From Euglena gracilis (taxonomy: Eukaryota): 64,000 nt of DNA. The DNA lies in contig CP154954.1 in the NCBI GenBank assembly GCA_039621445.1, forward strand, positions 31,520,012 to 31,584,011, in the 5' to 3' direction. The notes below the pieces were generated by a model that saw only the letters and a program-made list of their open reading frames with translations, was not told the DNA's origin and ran no database searches. A program made the translations under genes and the position numbers. This document shows, piece by piece, positions 39,197 to 52,097 of this stretch (position 1 is the first letter of the stretch; every line of letters begins with the position of its first letter).

Positions 39197-39238
39197 ACAG
39201 CAGAGACGTGGACGGGTTTCCAAACAGCGGCAGGAGGC
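39197..39238 (-). CDS. F-box-like/LRR protein micro-exon 9 (LLPLFGNPSTSLL)
   Basis: 42 nt; GTC-CAGGCTGT pairs with ACAGCCTG-GCCAG upstream; GTG-CGGTGGCT pairs with AGCCACCG-GGGCC downstream; phases match. Confidence 0.75.
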
Positions 39239-39645
39239 CTGGCCAGGCTGTGGCCAGCCCCACATCTCGGAAGACCGAAAAGTCTCATGACCGCAGATGG
39301 TTGGCGCTCGGCAGTACCCCCGTTGCGTTACCCCCCCCCCCGCCGACCGCGTTATCAGCCCAACCCGGAGTGCCATGGGGTGCCTGGCCACACTCCTGGG
39401 GGGGGGGGGGGGGTCAGTCATGCCTGCCTGGTCGTGGGAGAAATTTGTCAAAAAAAAAGGCTTTTATCTTTGACCGAGTGCCCGCGCACTCCCAGTCACA
39501 AGCCCAAACCCCGTAGGGGGAGTCGGATGTGGTTGAGGGGAGGAGGGTCGGCTTCGCCTTGAATTCCAGGCGGCACCGTCTGGGTTGAGCCACTGGTCCG
39601 ACCAACGCCCTCAGCACGCAGGGGCGAGGGGGCAACAGCCTGGAC

Positions 39646-39673
39646 CCAAAGTCGCTGCTCCTTCCATCCGGTT
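39646..39673 (-). CDS. F-box-like/LRR protein micro-exon 8 (NRMEGAATL + G)
   Basis: 28 nt; upstream GATGCAAGCGTGG pairs with CCACGCTGCATC after exon 7; the join gives LDLDLGH|NRM. Confidence 0.75.
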
Positions 39674-40200
39674 CTGCCCACGCTTGCATCCACGTATGTT
39701 TGCACTGGTGGGTCAGTGTTGTTGTGTGCGTACAATGTGCATGATTTGTTGGGGTCGCCTCACTGTCAAAGCCTAGGCTGGCATTCAGTGTTGCTGCTGG
39801 GAACCCTCCGGGGGGGGGGGGGGGAATCAAGCAATATCAAAGAAAAGTGGAGAGACATTAATCAGACAGTAGTGAGATGCTGTCGCAAATTCCTTTCCCG
39901 TTTTCCGCAGTGAAATTCCAAAAACTTAAAGTTGAAGAAAAAATCAATCTGTTAAGGGCATGTTCTTGTGAGTCAGTATTGCTGATTTAGAAACCCATCA
40001 TCAGATCGTGATTTGTGTTTACCTGCCCGCCCCCGATTGCATGAATGGCAGCGTCACCACACAGTGTTTGTCTGGTTTAGGTCGAGATTCCAATTGTCTT
40101 GCAAGGGGAGGGGGGACATTACCCGAGGCCGAGGGTCGTTCTAACTGGGGTCACCTCCAAACTGCACGGGGGGGGGGGGGGGATAGATGCAGCGTGGCCC

Positions 40201-40302
40201 GTGGCCCAAGTCCAGGTCCAGCACGGTCAGGGAGGGCAACTGGGCGGCCTTTGCTGCCAGCGCCGCTGCCCCCGCCTCCCGGACGTCATTGCCCCACAGG
40301 TT
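40201..40302 (-). CDS. F-box-like/LRR protein exon 7 (NLWGNDVREAGAAALAAKAAQLPSLTVLDLDLGH)
   Basis: 102 nt; LRR consensus. Confidence 0.85.
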
Positions 40303-41554
40303 GCCACCAGTGCCGGGCTGGCACTCCTGCCGACCAGGCCTCTTGTCAACACCCCGGTGGGGTGGGGGGGGGGGGGTCTGCTCAGCCCCACCCCTGGGTT
40401 TTGTTTGGGCCTTGGTCAGGGCGTTGTTTTGGAACCCCCCGGGGGTAAAGTGCAGAGACTGGAAAATTGAACTGTCTGGAAAAAGGCGACCTCCCCCATA
40501 GGGGTCCCCCGGCTGGAACTGGGACCAACCACGGTCAAACCAGGTGCCAAAAAAAATCGAAACTGGAAAAAAAAATCTAAAAAAAACTGCCAACTGTGCA
40601 AAAAACAAAATCGAGTTCTGACCCATAATTTGATGATGATTTGGGCAGCCATTTCCAACCTATTTTTCCCCATATTCGGCCAATTTTTGCACCCCCCCCC
40701 CCACGCACAAAATATGTTGCTGTCCAGCCGCCCAAAGAGCGGCTGGACAATGAGAAAAACTCGTTGATGGTGGACAGGAGATCCAAGGCTGGAAAAGGGC
40801 TGTTGGCTGGCTGCCCTCTCCCCCAGAGGCTTAAGCGATGCCTGGTCTTGGCTGGGTTGTACCCAGCCTAATTCCTTGGAATCATCCATGTTGGGTCCCG
40901 GGTGGCATTTGGTTTTGGAGTGGGACGTGCTGTATCACACTCCCCCTTCCCCTGGGGGTTGAAGACGCTGATTCGATGGCAGGGTTACGGTACGAGGAGT
41001 CGAAGTCTTTTTTTTGTAACTGTTCGGGGGGCCCAGAGTCTCTTGTTTTGCATGAGCCCTGTGTGCGTAACTCCATTTTATTGTGCAAGTCCTTTTGTAG
41101 TCAGCTGTTCTGAGGGGCCACAAAATAACAAAATCCCTTGTGTAATGTGTGCCCTGTGTGTGCGAACTCCTTTATGTTGCCCATGCCCTTTTTTGAGGGT
41201 AACGTTTCGCAGAAAACACCTGTATGCAAGTACGTATGGGAAAGCTCTAAAGCTTTCTCGAACGTCGCTCAAGGTCGCTCAAGGTCCTTCGAGGAGGATT
41301 TTAAGATAAACCCTCCTGAGGGAGGCTTAAGGACGTTGGAGGAGGCTCCAGTTCAAACGCTCAAGCTCGAGCCCCCCTGATTCCGTCAACAGGATGTTGT
41401 GGTGTCAAACCCAAGGATTTTGGGTTTCTCTGCGACAATCCATCTAATTCGCCAACCATTATGGCTAACATTTGGCCGTTATTTCATCCTGTATTTTAAT
41501 ATTTGTATTTCTTTTCTTTCAAGGAAATTTGGGGGCGACTAGTGATGTGTACCT

Positions 41555-41860
41555 ACCCCCCCCCCCGGGAAACTGTCACCTGACAGGTTGGCCAGTACCA
41601 GGGACCCTGGCAACTTCCTATCATGACAGGTTGGCCGGTACCGGGGACCCTGACAGTTTCCCGGGCGGGACCCTGACAGTTTCCCGGTAGGGCATTTCAA
41701 GGGAAAGTCAATGAAAAATGACCCTGACAGGTTGGCCGGTACCGGGGACCCTGACAACTTCCTATACTGACAGGTTGGCCGGTACCGGGGACCCTGACAG
41801 TTTCCCGGGCGGGACTCTGACAGGTTCTCGGGCATGACAGTTTCCCGGGGTGGGGGGGGT
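41555..41860. mobile_element. MITE-like element (C-run-GGGAAACTGTCA ... TGACAGTTTCCCGGGG)
   Basis: TIRs; internal TGACAGGTTGGCCGGTACCGGGGACCC repeats; relatives at ~33695-33830 and 43095-43570. Confidence 0.75.
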
Positions 41861-44800
41861 AGGATAACCTGGTGGAGAGGTGACCCCCCACACCCAGGGA
41901 GGGGTTGACCCCTCCACAAGGACTTTTTAAGGCCGGAGGGTAGGGGTCCCCCCACCTACCCTGGGTGCCCCTACCGCGGGGGGAGGGAGTCCGGGGGGTC
42001 AATTTGGGGGTAAAGAAAATTTTCGGCACAAAGAAACGAAAGATACCGAACCCCCGCCTCCGACGGGACGCACAAAGCCCTTGGGGGACCCCTCAGGGGA
42101 GGGGGTCCGGCAGGGCAGAACGGGAAGGCCTGGTGGGGGGGGGGGGTCGACCCCCCCACCCACCACAGCATTTTCACCGATTTCGGGAAAACAAAGATTT
42201 TGGCCGGGAAAATTTTTGAGATTTTTTTTTAAAAATAAACCCAAAACACATGATTTTTTGATGGAAAACCACATTTTTTTACAAAAAAATCTCAAAAAAT
42301 TCAGGGTTAAAATTGGTAGTTTTTAGGACGGGGGTGAAAAAAACGAAGGTCAAAAAAAGTGGACCAAATTCTGGCACAGTCAAATTTTACTGACAATTTT
42401 TTCTCTTTGAAATTTTTTGGACTTTCAATGGCATTTTTTGCTTCAAAAACCTGTCAAACCCCAAATTTTGAGAAAATGTTGAATTTTTGGAAGGTGTGAA
42501 AAAAAATGGGGCTTTGGGTGGTTTTTGGGGGACCCCCTATATGGGTCCCAAAGTGGGTCAAAAAAAAAACACCTGGCGCCGAAGGCGCCGGAAAATTTTT
42601 TTCGGGTCCAAAATTTGGTGCTCCCGGAAATACGGGAAGAGGTAATGGGGGGGACCCCCCCCCAGCCACACCACCCTGGCTGTTCGGCCGATTCCCATTC
42701 TGCCCTGGGGTCCGGCAGACCCATCTACCAGCCTACCCTACCCACCCCAAGGTCCATAGTTGGATAATTGGGATCCCTGGTGCCACCACAGCTTTGTGCC
42801 AGAAAAAAAAAAACCTCCAAGCTGAATTCAGGGGCAATTCCCTCCGGAAAAATTCGGCTTTCAAATCTGTACACCAGGAAAAAAAACGGAAAGGTCTGGG
42901 GAGACCTCCACATCCACCCAGATTTTCGTTCAGCCCTGGGGTGACTCAAACCCGAACACCCGCTCTCTTGTCACTCATAGGTTTGCAGGGATTCCTGTGC
43001 AGCCCTGGACCTGCCAGGGAGCTGGACCCTGTGGGCGGTGGGGGGTCCAGGGGAGGGGCCTGCCAGCTGCCAGGCTGGATCCGGCTGGTACCCGCCCCCC
43101 CCCCCCGGGCAATTGTCGCGTGACAAATCGGGCAGCATGGAGGGGGGTGACAATTTCCCGGGGTGACAATTTGGCCGGCGCAGAGGGGGGTGACAATTGC
43201 CCGGGGGCGTCAATTGCCCACCCATGTAGGCCACATTAAATCCAAATGACCAAAAACACCATCTGAAACACCAGTGAACACGCAAAAATGCAGCTATGGT
43301 TGTGATATTGTGCAGAGCATTTGGTATGTGACATTTCTCAGCACGTTGTAGCGAAATAGAGGATCAATTGAGTCGTGTCGGCGAAAAGAAAGTTCACAAA
43401 CATCTTCTGTGGGGGGGTGACAAATTGGGCAGCACGGACGGGGGTGACAATTTCCTGGGGTGACAAATTGGCCGGCACAGAGGGGGGTGACAATTGCCCG
43501 GGGGCGTCAATTGCCCGGGGGCGTCAATTGCCCGGGGGCGTCAATTGCCCAGGGGGGGGGGGGGGGGGGGACCCAAAACTGCCACCAATTGTGCCCACAA
43601 CCTGACCAGCCAAGCCAACCTCTACATTGTAACCTCGTCAACCTCCACGGGGGTGTTTGGGGAATCATTCCTTTTTGATTATAGGCCGAATGGCCAAATA
43701 AGGTGGCTCTGCATGGCCTGCCACAATGTCCATAACAGCATGCCTGCTGTGCATGTCTGTTACGCGGACAGCAAACGGAAAACATTTCACCACAACGTTT
43801 TTATCTAAACTACTGCTGCATCCTTTCATGGCGGCAACTCAACAACTTCCGCTGGATGGAAGAAGAACGGGACCGTGATGTCCCAGTTTTCTGTGCCAAC
43901 TGCCTACAGGCAGACATTTGGTTGCCCGCAGATGGCGGAAACCTCAAGATCGCACCCAGAAATGAGACTGCAAGACGAGATGTCAAATGAACCAATTCAA
44001 AATTTTAAAGAAAGCAGAAGATTTTGAACGTGGCAGAATCGACTTTAACTTTCAGGAATGCACAAAAGGGCGGTTGCCCCAACTTTTCAATGACGACGAC
44101 TGGAAAAAGGTGATGTAACCTTTGTTCCTAAAAACAGACTACGGTCTCTGAAACAACTCAACGTTAGTTACTGCCCAATCATCTGCCAGAAAGGCAGATG
44201 AGCAGGTTACGAGACTTGTTCAGAATGAGTGTGTACCATTCTGAAACCACACGTGACCCAATGTGCCTGCACATCCCACGCGCACATCAGGCTATCGCGG
44301 GAGATTGAAGAAATGAGAAGTTGGGTTTTCCCAAGGATGGACATGGAGCATCCTGACAACCTACTCTAGACCTGCGTTCAACGGAAATGACCCTTGTACA
44401 AGACCCAGATATGGGTGAGCACGTCAGCTCAGACGCTGAGGGTTTCCAACACTCGACATCAGCCACAGCTAAACTTTCTCTTTGGGTGTAGTCCCACATA
44501 ATGAGCGAAGTCTGAAGCACAAATGTGCCGTCCATCGTCATGTTCGACGTCCCCCCGAAGTTTTTCAAGTTCGGTGGACAACAAGTTGACAATGGAGAGC
44601 CACCATCAACTAAATTGCAGATTACAGATTGCAAAGACGCCACACTGTTAGTAAGAATATACACAAAGCACAGCATGTGTGTCATAATTATTTTGTGTGT
44701 TTGCAGTCCAAAACCTTCGAGGTAATTGGGAACCAGATCATGCTTCCTGGTGCCCGTCCCACACGGGACTATGCCTGGCATCCCGACTGGCCTGGCCCAA

Positions 44801-45696
44801 AAGAAAATCAGGCTTAACGCTGGGAGGGGGATGTGTACCAGGCAGCCATGATGCCATGGCTCTGTCTACCAGAGAAAGGCTACGGCCTAGAATCTGGCTG
44901 TATACAGCACTATGTGAAAGCTTAGGCCAACTGGCGAAGCTAAGAATCTCGTGTGACTCTCAGCGATCTGAATTAAGACTTCTGGTTCCTAAACCCCCCC
45001 AAAATAAGACCCCCCCCTGGCCGGTCCGAGCAAAAATCTATGAAATGCCCCCCCCCCCCCCCATAAATAAGACCCCCCTGCTGGCGCGAAGCGCCAGATT
45101 TTTGAAAAATGGGACATTTGGGGGGGGGGTAAATCTGCCATTTTGGGACGTTTTCACACAATTCAGCATATTTTCTCCAATTTGTCTGGCGCAAAGCGCC
45201 GAATTTTTCAAACATTGGTATTCTGGGGGGAATTCCTGGACATTTTGGGGGGTCTTTTCTTAATTTTCCAGCAATTTTTCCAGCAAAAATCCATAAAATG
45301 GACGCCCCATGAATAAGACCCCCCCCCCTCGGGCTTTCCAGCAACCGACCCATGAAATGGACCCCCGGTCTTATTTTTTTGGGGGGGGGGGCTAATTTCC
45401 CCTTAAGAATTTTGGGTGCTTTTGTAAATTTGTAAATAGTTGCAGAAGCTTGGGACGGACCTCAAACAGTACTGATCAAGAGACCTTGGTCTCAACCCTT
45501 CCCTTGCCTTTGTGCTCTGCACAAGGGTGTGTCAGCAACACAACCTACCAGAAATACTGAATATCTCAATGAATGGCATCAACACTGCCAACTGTCCCCG
45601 AAGAGAAAGTGTCAAAGGGAAGCTGAATTTTTTGTTACTGATTTTTTTTGGAAATGGGAAAAGCGAAAAGCACAGGCGAGACGTGCATTGTACCTA

Positions 45697-48600
45697 GGCG
45701 GCCACCTACGGCACAAATGACCGACGGGACCGTCGGTCATTTTTCGGCACTAAATTTCTTCCTACGGCACTTGCTTTTGTGAAGAAAAGTAGACGAACGT
45801 CAGTTTGCCTTCACAGGGTACCTTTTTCCTCATAAAAATGCAAATTTGAGCCTGTTTGGCATGAATTGAAATGTGGCAAAATGAACGTTCATTATACGAA
45901 AAAAACATGTCAAAGTGGAGTTTACAGCATGTGCACAGACAAAAACAGATTGTGCCATCACCTCCCTCTTTTAGGTATGCTCACATTCCCAGACCGGAGG
46001 AAAGGACAAAAACACCTGTAATGATTATGAGAATGAGAAGCAGGATTATTGCATGCGAGCACACGACCATCCAATTTTCAGTAAAAGAGGATTAAGCAGC
46101 TTACATTGTGGGCAAACGCCCAGACCACAACTGAGCTTAACTATCCAGGAGGATCAAACCACCAATTGTCTGTGGAAGATGCTAGATTCACAAAGAAATT
46201 ATCCCCCCCCCTTAATGATAAGAACAAGACAGAAAATGCAAAATGACCGACGGGTCCGTCGGTCATTTTATCATAATCATCTTTGAGGTTGCTTTTCAGC
46301 AAGCGATCCATCTGACCAGCTCCTGAAAGACCTTTAAATTGAACGTCATTTTGTTCTTCACTTTGAAAGAGTATGCAGCCCTTTTTACCTCTCCCACTAA
46401 CATAAATGATCATGCATGTTTTCATCAGAATCATCATTTTGACTTCAAAAATACAGCATCAGTCAACAACGTTCAGCACTCAAGCATGTGCATTGCACGA
46501 AAAGCCAAAGCCAGGTAACTGTGCACAATGCACACTTCCGTCCATACGGTTGTGAAAATGTTCTACCTTTCAACCAGAGAGATCAGAGAGCATTTTGCAA
46601 AAGACAATGTGTGTGTATTGCTGTTGCAGCTGCAGTTGCTTTGGGAGAGAAAGCACTCTGGGGCCTTTTTTGTTTCTGCTCGATCCACAACTTGTGTACT
46701 GGCAATGCTTCCAGAAAGATGTATTTTGTGCGGTTTCTGGCTGGCATTGGCTTGTTTCTTCTGGGGTGTTTTGTGTCCCAGGTTCGTCAAAATTCTATTG
46801 AGGGGGCTTGTGCCAGCCTGCTTCGTTTGCCGGTTTGCCTCTTGGGTCAAAAAAGATGGGCTGGGGAGGGATTGTTTGTAGTAAATGGTTGTGATCACTG
46901 ATCAAGGTAACCAAAGTACATCTGATTTCGCGCAATGTTGCGTGCAAAATAGAACGACGTCCATATGTGTATGTGATTTCTTGCAATCACCCAACCAATT
47001 CATCCCAGAAAAGGGAGTAATTTTTCGCAAATTGCTCAGATTCACTGCACAAAACACCGCCTCCGTCAAAACCACACCCAAACAAAGTTGCTTTGCTTTC
47101 CCTGTTGCAAGTGTCTGGAAAAACCATGTGTGAGAAAAAATAGGTTGGGATTACGTCAGGGCTTGTCTGTTATATCAACCTCAGGCCTTGTGTTACAAAC
47201 ACCCTGTGGCAATGTCTGAAAACGCTGGCAACCGGTGTATTTCTGAGCAATGCCGGCTCTGCACTTCCCATCGGGGGCTAAATACATACTATAGCCGTAC
47301 TGTACCATCGAGACATTGGCTGTACCTGGTTTTTGAAAGCAAGAGACAACAAGGTCTCTCGTCCCTGTCTGATTTACATTCTGGTCCAAATTACGGTACG
47401 TTGGTTTTAGAACTCCTGCAATTCAATGATGCAGAATGTTGCTGTGGCATGCAACGTTTAGCCTTCGGCTATGGTGTGTTGCAATCACCCAACCAATTCA
47501 TCCCAGAAAAGGGAGTAATTTTTCGCAAATTGCTCAGATTCACTGCACAAAACACCGCCTCCGTCAAAACCACACCCAAACAAAGTTGCTTTGCTTTCCC
47601 TGTTGCAAGTGTCTGGAAAAACCATGTGTGAGAAAAAATAGGTTGGGATTACGTCAGGGCTTGTCTGTTATATCAACCTCAGGCCTTGTGTTACAAACAC
47701 CCTGTGGCAATGTCTGAAAACGCTGGCAACCGGTGTATTTCTGAGCAATGCCGGCTCTGCACTTCCCATCGGGGGCTAAATACATACTATAGCCGTACTG
47801 TACCATCGAGACATTGGCTGTACCTGGTTTTTGAAAGCAAGAGACAACAAGGTCTCTCGTCCCTGTCTGATTTACATTCTGGTCCAAATTACGGTACGTT
47901 GGTTTTAGAACTCCTGCAATTCAATGATGCAGAATGTTGCTGTGGCATGCAACGTTTAGCCTTCGGCTATGGTGTGTACATATGGCTAATTGAACCTTAC
48001 AAGAAACAAAGGTATATGACAATATAGACAAACCTCCACCGCATTTTGTTATTCTGGTGTTCTGGAACGAGGCAGTATCTCTTCCACAGACACGCACATA
48101 TTTTCCACACCGAATGATCAGCTGTATTTTGGCAATGGAATGGTCGAAATACTGAATGGAATTGTCATGGAATTCTTTTGTGATGAGGGGATGGAATTTG
48201 TACCTGGTAACAAAAGCTTCGTTCAACATGTGCTGATAAACATCTCATTAACAATGAGAGTGGCACATCTTGACCGACGGTCCCGTCGGTCTTCTTTTCC
48301 ATCAAACTACATATTCTGTGGAGGAATTGGTCATCTTTTTTGTTCAAAGAACAACAGTGTATTTGATTTAGCTGCAAAGTTCAACAAACAAAAGCAGTAC
48401 TATCGCTAGAAGTTATGGTGGTGCATTCGCACCTTCCACACGTTCTTCACAGGTTTCTCCGCCATCCAACTGTGGTACATACAGTTATGGCGACGAACAG
48501 ACAATGTGTCATATACCTTGACCGGTTTTACGCAATATGGAATTCTGAGAAGAGTTGAGAGAGTGAGAAGAGTTAACAGGTCAGAGTGATTTCCTACATC

Positions 48601-49018
48601 TGACAAAATAACCCGAAATTTGACCATTTGTGGTGAAAATTGTTCCCAAATAAACATGCAAGATTGCAATATTGCGTTTTATGAGTAGAAATCTTTTGAT
48701 ATCAAAATCTGGCTTTCAAAAAAAGACCGACGGTCCCATCGGTCATTTGTGCAGTAGGTCGCCTAGGATTATGTTTAAAATCAATTGAGGGCTCTTGTTT
48801 GCTCAGATAACCGACGGCACCGTCGGTAATTGATTCACAAATAGATTGCTTCTTTAACACTTATTGGAACGAAGGTAAACAATTGCAGTTTTTTCCACTG
48901 GAGAGTCTCCTGTGAAATCTTGGCCACATCAAATTGCAGCCGCCCATAACGGCGCCATTTTTGAGGGACTTTTTTTCGACCGACAGGACCGTCGTTTTTT
49001 GTGCCGTAGGTGGCCTCC
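45697..49018. mobile_element. TA-flanked TIR element with GACCGACGG-N2-CCGTCGGTC palindromes
   Basis: TA|GGCGGCCACCTACGGCACAAA ... TTTGTGCCGTAGGTGGCCTCC|TA; a second right-end-like copy at ~48725-48768. Confidence 0.7.
46981..47977. repeat. Apparently exact 498-bp tandem duplication
   Basis: 46981-47478 repeated from 47479; identical ORFs 47156..47389 and 47654..47887. Confidence 0.95.
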
Positions 49019-50666
49019 TAGGTTGTACCCCTCCTGAAGCCAGCATATACCAAGTGGCTGACACTGCGCCTGCCAGGCCTTAATACAATAATTGCATACG
49101 GCCTTAATACAATGCGGCCTTAATACAATAATTTTACAAATTTCCAAGGCCCAAGCCCGTACTGCATACGGTGCAATGCGTTTGATTCCCGGGTTTGGTG
49201 GGCTAAGATTCCACACCGTGTCCCATTCAAGAAGCTTTGGAACCAAAAGTTAGAGAAGTATGAGGCATTTTGGGATCCACTCCCAAACCTCTTGGGGCTG
49301 GCAAAGCACCTATGCCCATTGATATTTGTACATTGCGTACACAACTCATTTTTGTTCACGGATCTTGTGTTTGTACAGATCCTCAGACATGGCACAAGTC
49401 AAATGTACCATAAGTGTTTTGGGAAGGGCACACTACATCAAAATTAAGTGTAAAGGGCAAAATTTTCACAAGTGGGAGAGAGTTGTTTCCATTCCCCGGT
49501 GTCCGCAAATAAGTCCTTTTCATTTTGATGATGTCCTATGTGGCTGCCACACGTTTATTCGTGATACTGGGAACCCTTTCTAATTTCATTAAAACCCGAT
49601 ATAAAGCCATAAGTGCAGACACGGTTGCTTCAATCACAAAGCAATTTCAGGCCAAGCAAGGGGGACCCCCCAGGTGTGGGGGCACTCCACCAGAGGTGCT
49701 TGGGTTGGTTTACTCATAAAACTGGGCCTTTCTGACCACGAAGTTACTGTGACAACCTCAACATTGCTTCTGGTGCAGTCCCACAGAAAGCTTGTCCAAA
49801 ATGTGCTTGAGATTTCTGATAAATTATCACTTTCCCCGTTATCGCAAAAGTATCCATCATTTGGAAGCTGAGGTTTTGCGTCAAACCCAGCTTGTTGAGG
49901 ATTTGGAACACGCAGTGAAGACTTGTCCGCGAGTTTGGGCCGTTTGTCCGTTCAAGGTCAAGATTCACAACTTGGAAATTTTGAGTGAATAAAGCTGCCA
50001 TCAGGGATTTTTTTGAGAACAGGGGGCCTACAGGCCGGCTGGAAAGGGGTGCTGACTGCAAAAAAAAAGTGCTGGCTGGACCCCTGGGGGTCCAGGAGAG
50101 GGTCCAGGGGGAGGTCGTCGCCGGACAGCGGGGAGCTGCTGGCTGCTGGAAAAAGAGGTGTATGGGAAGGGTACCCTGTACGGGAAGGCCTGGTGGGGAG
50201 GGGTCGACCCCCCACCCAGATCGCTTGGCTGCAGTCATTTTTCTTCACCAAAGGCTTGTACATCGTCATTGGTTGCCCTGCCCTGGGTTCACCTGTGGTT
50301 CGTGCTTGGGGAGCCCGAACCTTCGCGACTTTTTCGGGATTTTTCGCGTTTTTTTGGTGGTGTTTAGTATCATTTTCAGGTAGACTTTTTGGTCCTTGGA
50401 ATGACCAGGTTTTGTGCTGAGGTCTTTACGTGTGTCATGGTCATGCTGCAGCAAAAGTTTGAGGCGGTTGGCGGACCGGCGGCGTGGCCCAGCCCAGCCC
50501 GGCCCGGCATGGCCCGGCCAGCGGTGTTATTTACTTGTGCTCTTAAGGGGGGGGGGACCCGGTTTGGGCCCTTGTGCATTTTTCTGACTTCTTTCACTGG
50601 GGATGGTGGACGGGGGGCGCATTATTTGGCCAACCAGTCTCTCGCCGTTCCACCCTGGCACTGCGC

Positions 50667-50735
50667 GAGGGTGAGCGACTGCAGGGCGGGCAGGGCGGGG
50701 ACCACGTGCGCCAACGCGGCGTCGCTGATGCCGTT
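50667..50735 (-). CDS. F-box-like/LRR protein exon 6 (NGISDAALAHVVPALPALQSLTL)
   Basis: 69 nt; the join gives LRLDLAS|NGI; upstream intron ends pair 10/12 in register. Confidence 0.85.
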
Positions 50736-51320
50736 GCCCCCACGGGGCGGCTCAGTGATGGTTGCCCACCGGGAGAAACAAACGTGCCTCGCGAACAATG
50801 CTCGCCCTCCTTCAGCCTTCTTTGGGCTGGGGCAGGCTTCCCCCCAACGTTCCGTCCATGGGTTTTTTTTACCTCCCCCCTCCTCCACACAACCGCTAAA
50901 TATCGCTACTGACCGGGGGGTGGTCGCTGTTCTGGCCAAACATCGCGGGTTGGTCGTTAGACAAGACCACGGTCAAGAACGCGAATGTCTGGAAAAAAGG
51001 GTCACCTGGAAAAAGATCTCTTACTGACCAGGGGGTGGTCGTTGGGCAAGGGGGGGGGAGGTAAGGCCGGGGGTCCCCCCCACTCACCCATCATGGGGGG
51101 TCCCAGGGGAACCCACTCACTTTTCCCCAATGGCCAAAGAATCGCGAAAAATGCTAAAAATGGCACCTTTTCAATAAATTTCAGCCCCTTTGGTGCCGAA
51201 AAGTAAATCCCCCCCCCTGGGGGGACCCCACCGGACCCACCCACCCTACCCCCCCCCGGGGTCCAAGACTAAAAAAAACCCTGGTTCTGTCCCACCTGCC
51301 AGGCCAGCCGGCCCCTGCCT

Positions 51321-51500
51321 GGACGCGAGGTCTAGGCGCAGGGAGGCAAGGGCCGGGAGGTATTCCAGGGCGCCGAGGGCGGGCAGGGCGGTGCCGGTGA
51401 GCTGGTTGCTGCCGAGGCTCAGCGAGAGGGCCCGCAGGCCCCGGCAGCGCGCCAGGGGGGCCAGGCCGAGCAGCCCGGCGGGGCCCAGCTGGTTGTCGTG
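51321..51500 (-). CDS. F-box-like/LRR protein exon 5 ([16 protein letters not shown]...[12 protein letters not shown]...LRLDLAS)
   Basis: 180 nt; two LRR units; preceded by GCGGCCCTG-CCCCC|. Confidence 0.85.
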
Positions 51501-51809
51501 GGGGGCAGGGCCGCGCCGTGGCGGGGCCCGCCCAGCTGGGATCGGTTGCGGCAGAGGCCGCAAACGCTGCGGCATGTCAGTTGAATACCCGCCAGGGGGG
51601 TACAGAGAAAGAAAGTGGAGGGCGGCAAAAAAGGCCAGTGGGTTGAAATCAGAGCTGTGCGGGGAGGAGCTTTATTTGACGGGGGACACAAATGTATGAA
51701 TGACCCATTGAATCCCTCCCCCTCTTCGTCTGGAAGCTTTGAGGGGACGACTCCGTTTGCAGTACTGCAACTCCTGGCATGCCACTTGTACACATCCACA
51801 TCCACACGC

Positions 51810-52028
51810 ATCCATCTATCCATCCATCCATCCATCCATCCATCCATCCGTCCGTCCACCCATCCGTCCATCCATCCGTCCGTCTGTCTGTCTGTCCATC
51901 TGTCCGTCGATCCGCCCGTCCGCCCGTCCATCCATCCACCCACACACCCACCCACACCCACCCACCCACCCACCCATGGATACAGACAGACAGACAAACA
52001 GATAGACAGGCAGGCAGGCAGACAGGCA

Positions 52029-52065
<37 letters not shown>

Positions 52066-52097
52066 ACAGACAGACAAAAAGACAGACAGACAGACAT
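51810..52097. repeat. Compound microsatellite (CATC/CGTC/TGTC/CACC/CAGA/CAGG)
   Basis: Directly visible. Confidence 0.9.

Larger units (their letters stand above)
40303..50666 (-). other. Nonconventional paired-end intron, 10,364 nt
   Basis: 5' GCG-CAGTGCCAGGG pairs with 3' CCCGGCACTG-GTGGC; the join gives LQSLTL|NLWGNDV. Confidence 0.75.

Noticed and set aside
39595-39665. A second plus-strand LRR-like exon (TNALSTQG...GNSLDPKSLL)
   Set aside because: The gap between exons 7 and 10 is fully filled by two minus-strand micro-exons with good end pairing and matching phases.
43630-44820. Broken Cys/His-containing reading frames
   Set aside because: Multiple stops and no assignable family by eye; would need a profile search.
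50736-51324. A novel GT...GG intron class, suggested by several exons preceded by CGG or TGG with no AG
   Set aside because: The cases are better explained as paired-end nonconventional introns in the +4/-6 register; the GG ends arise from GC-rich stems and junction sliding.
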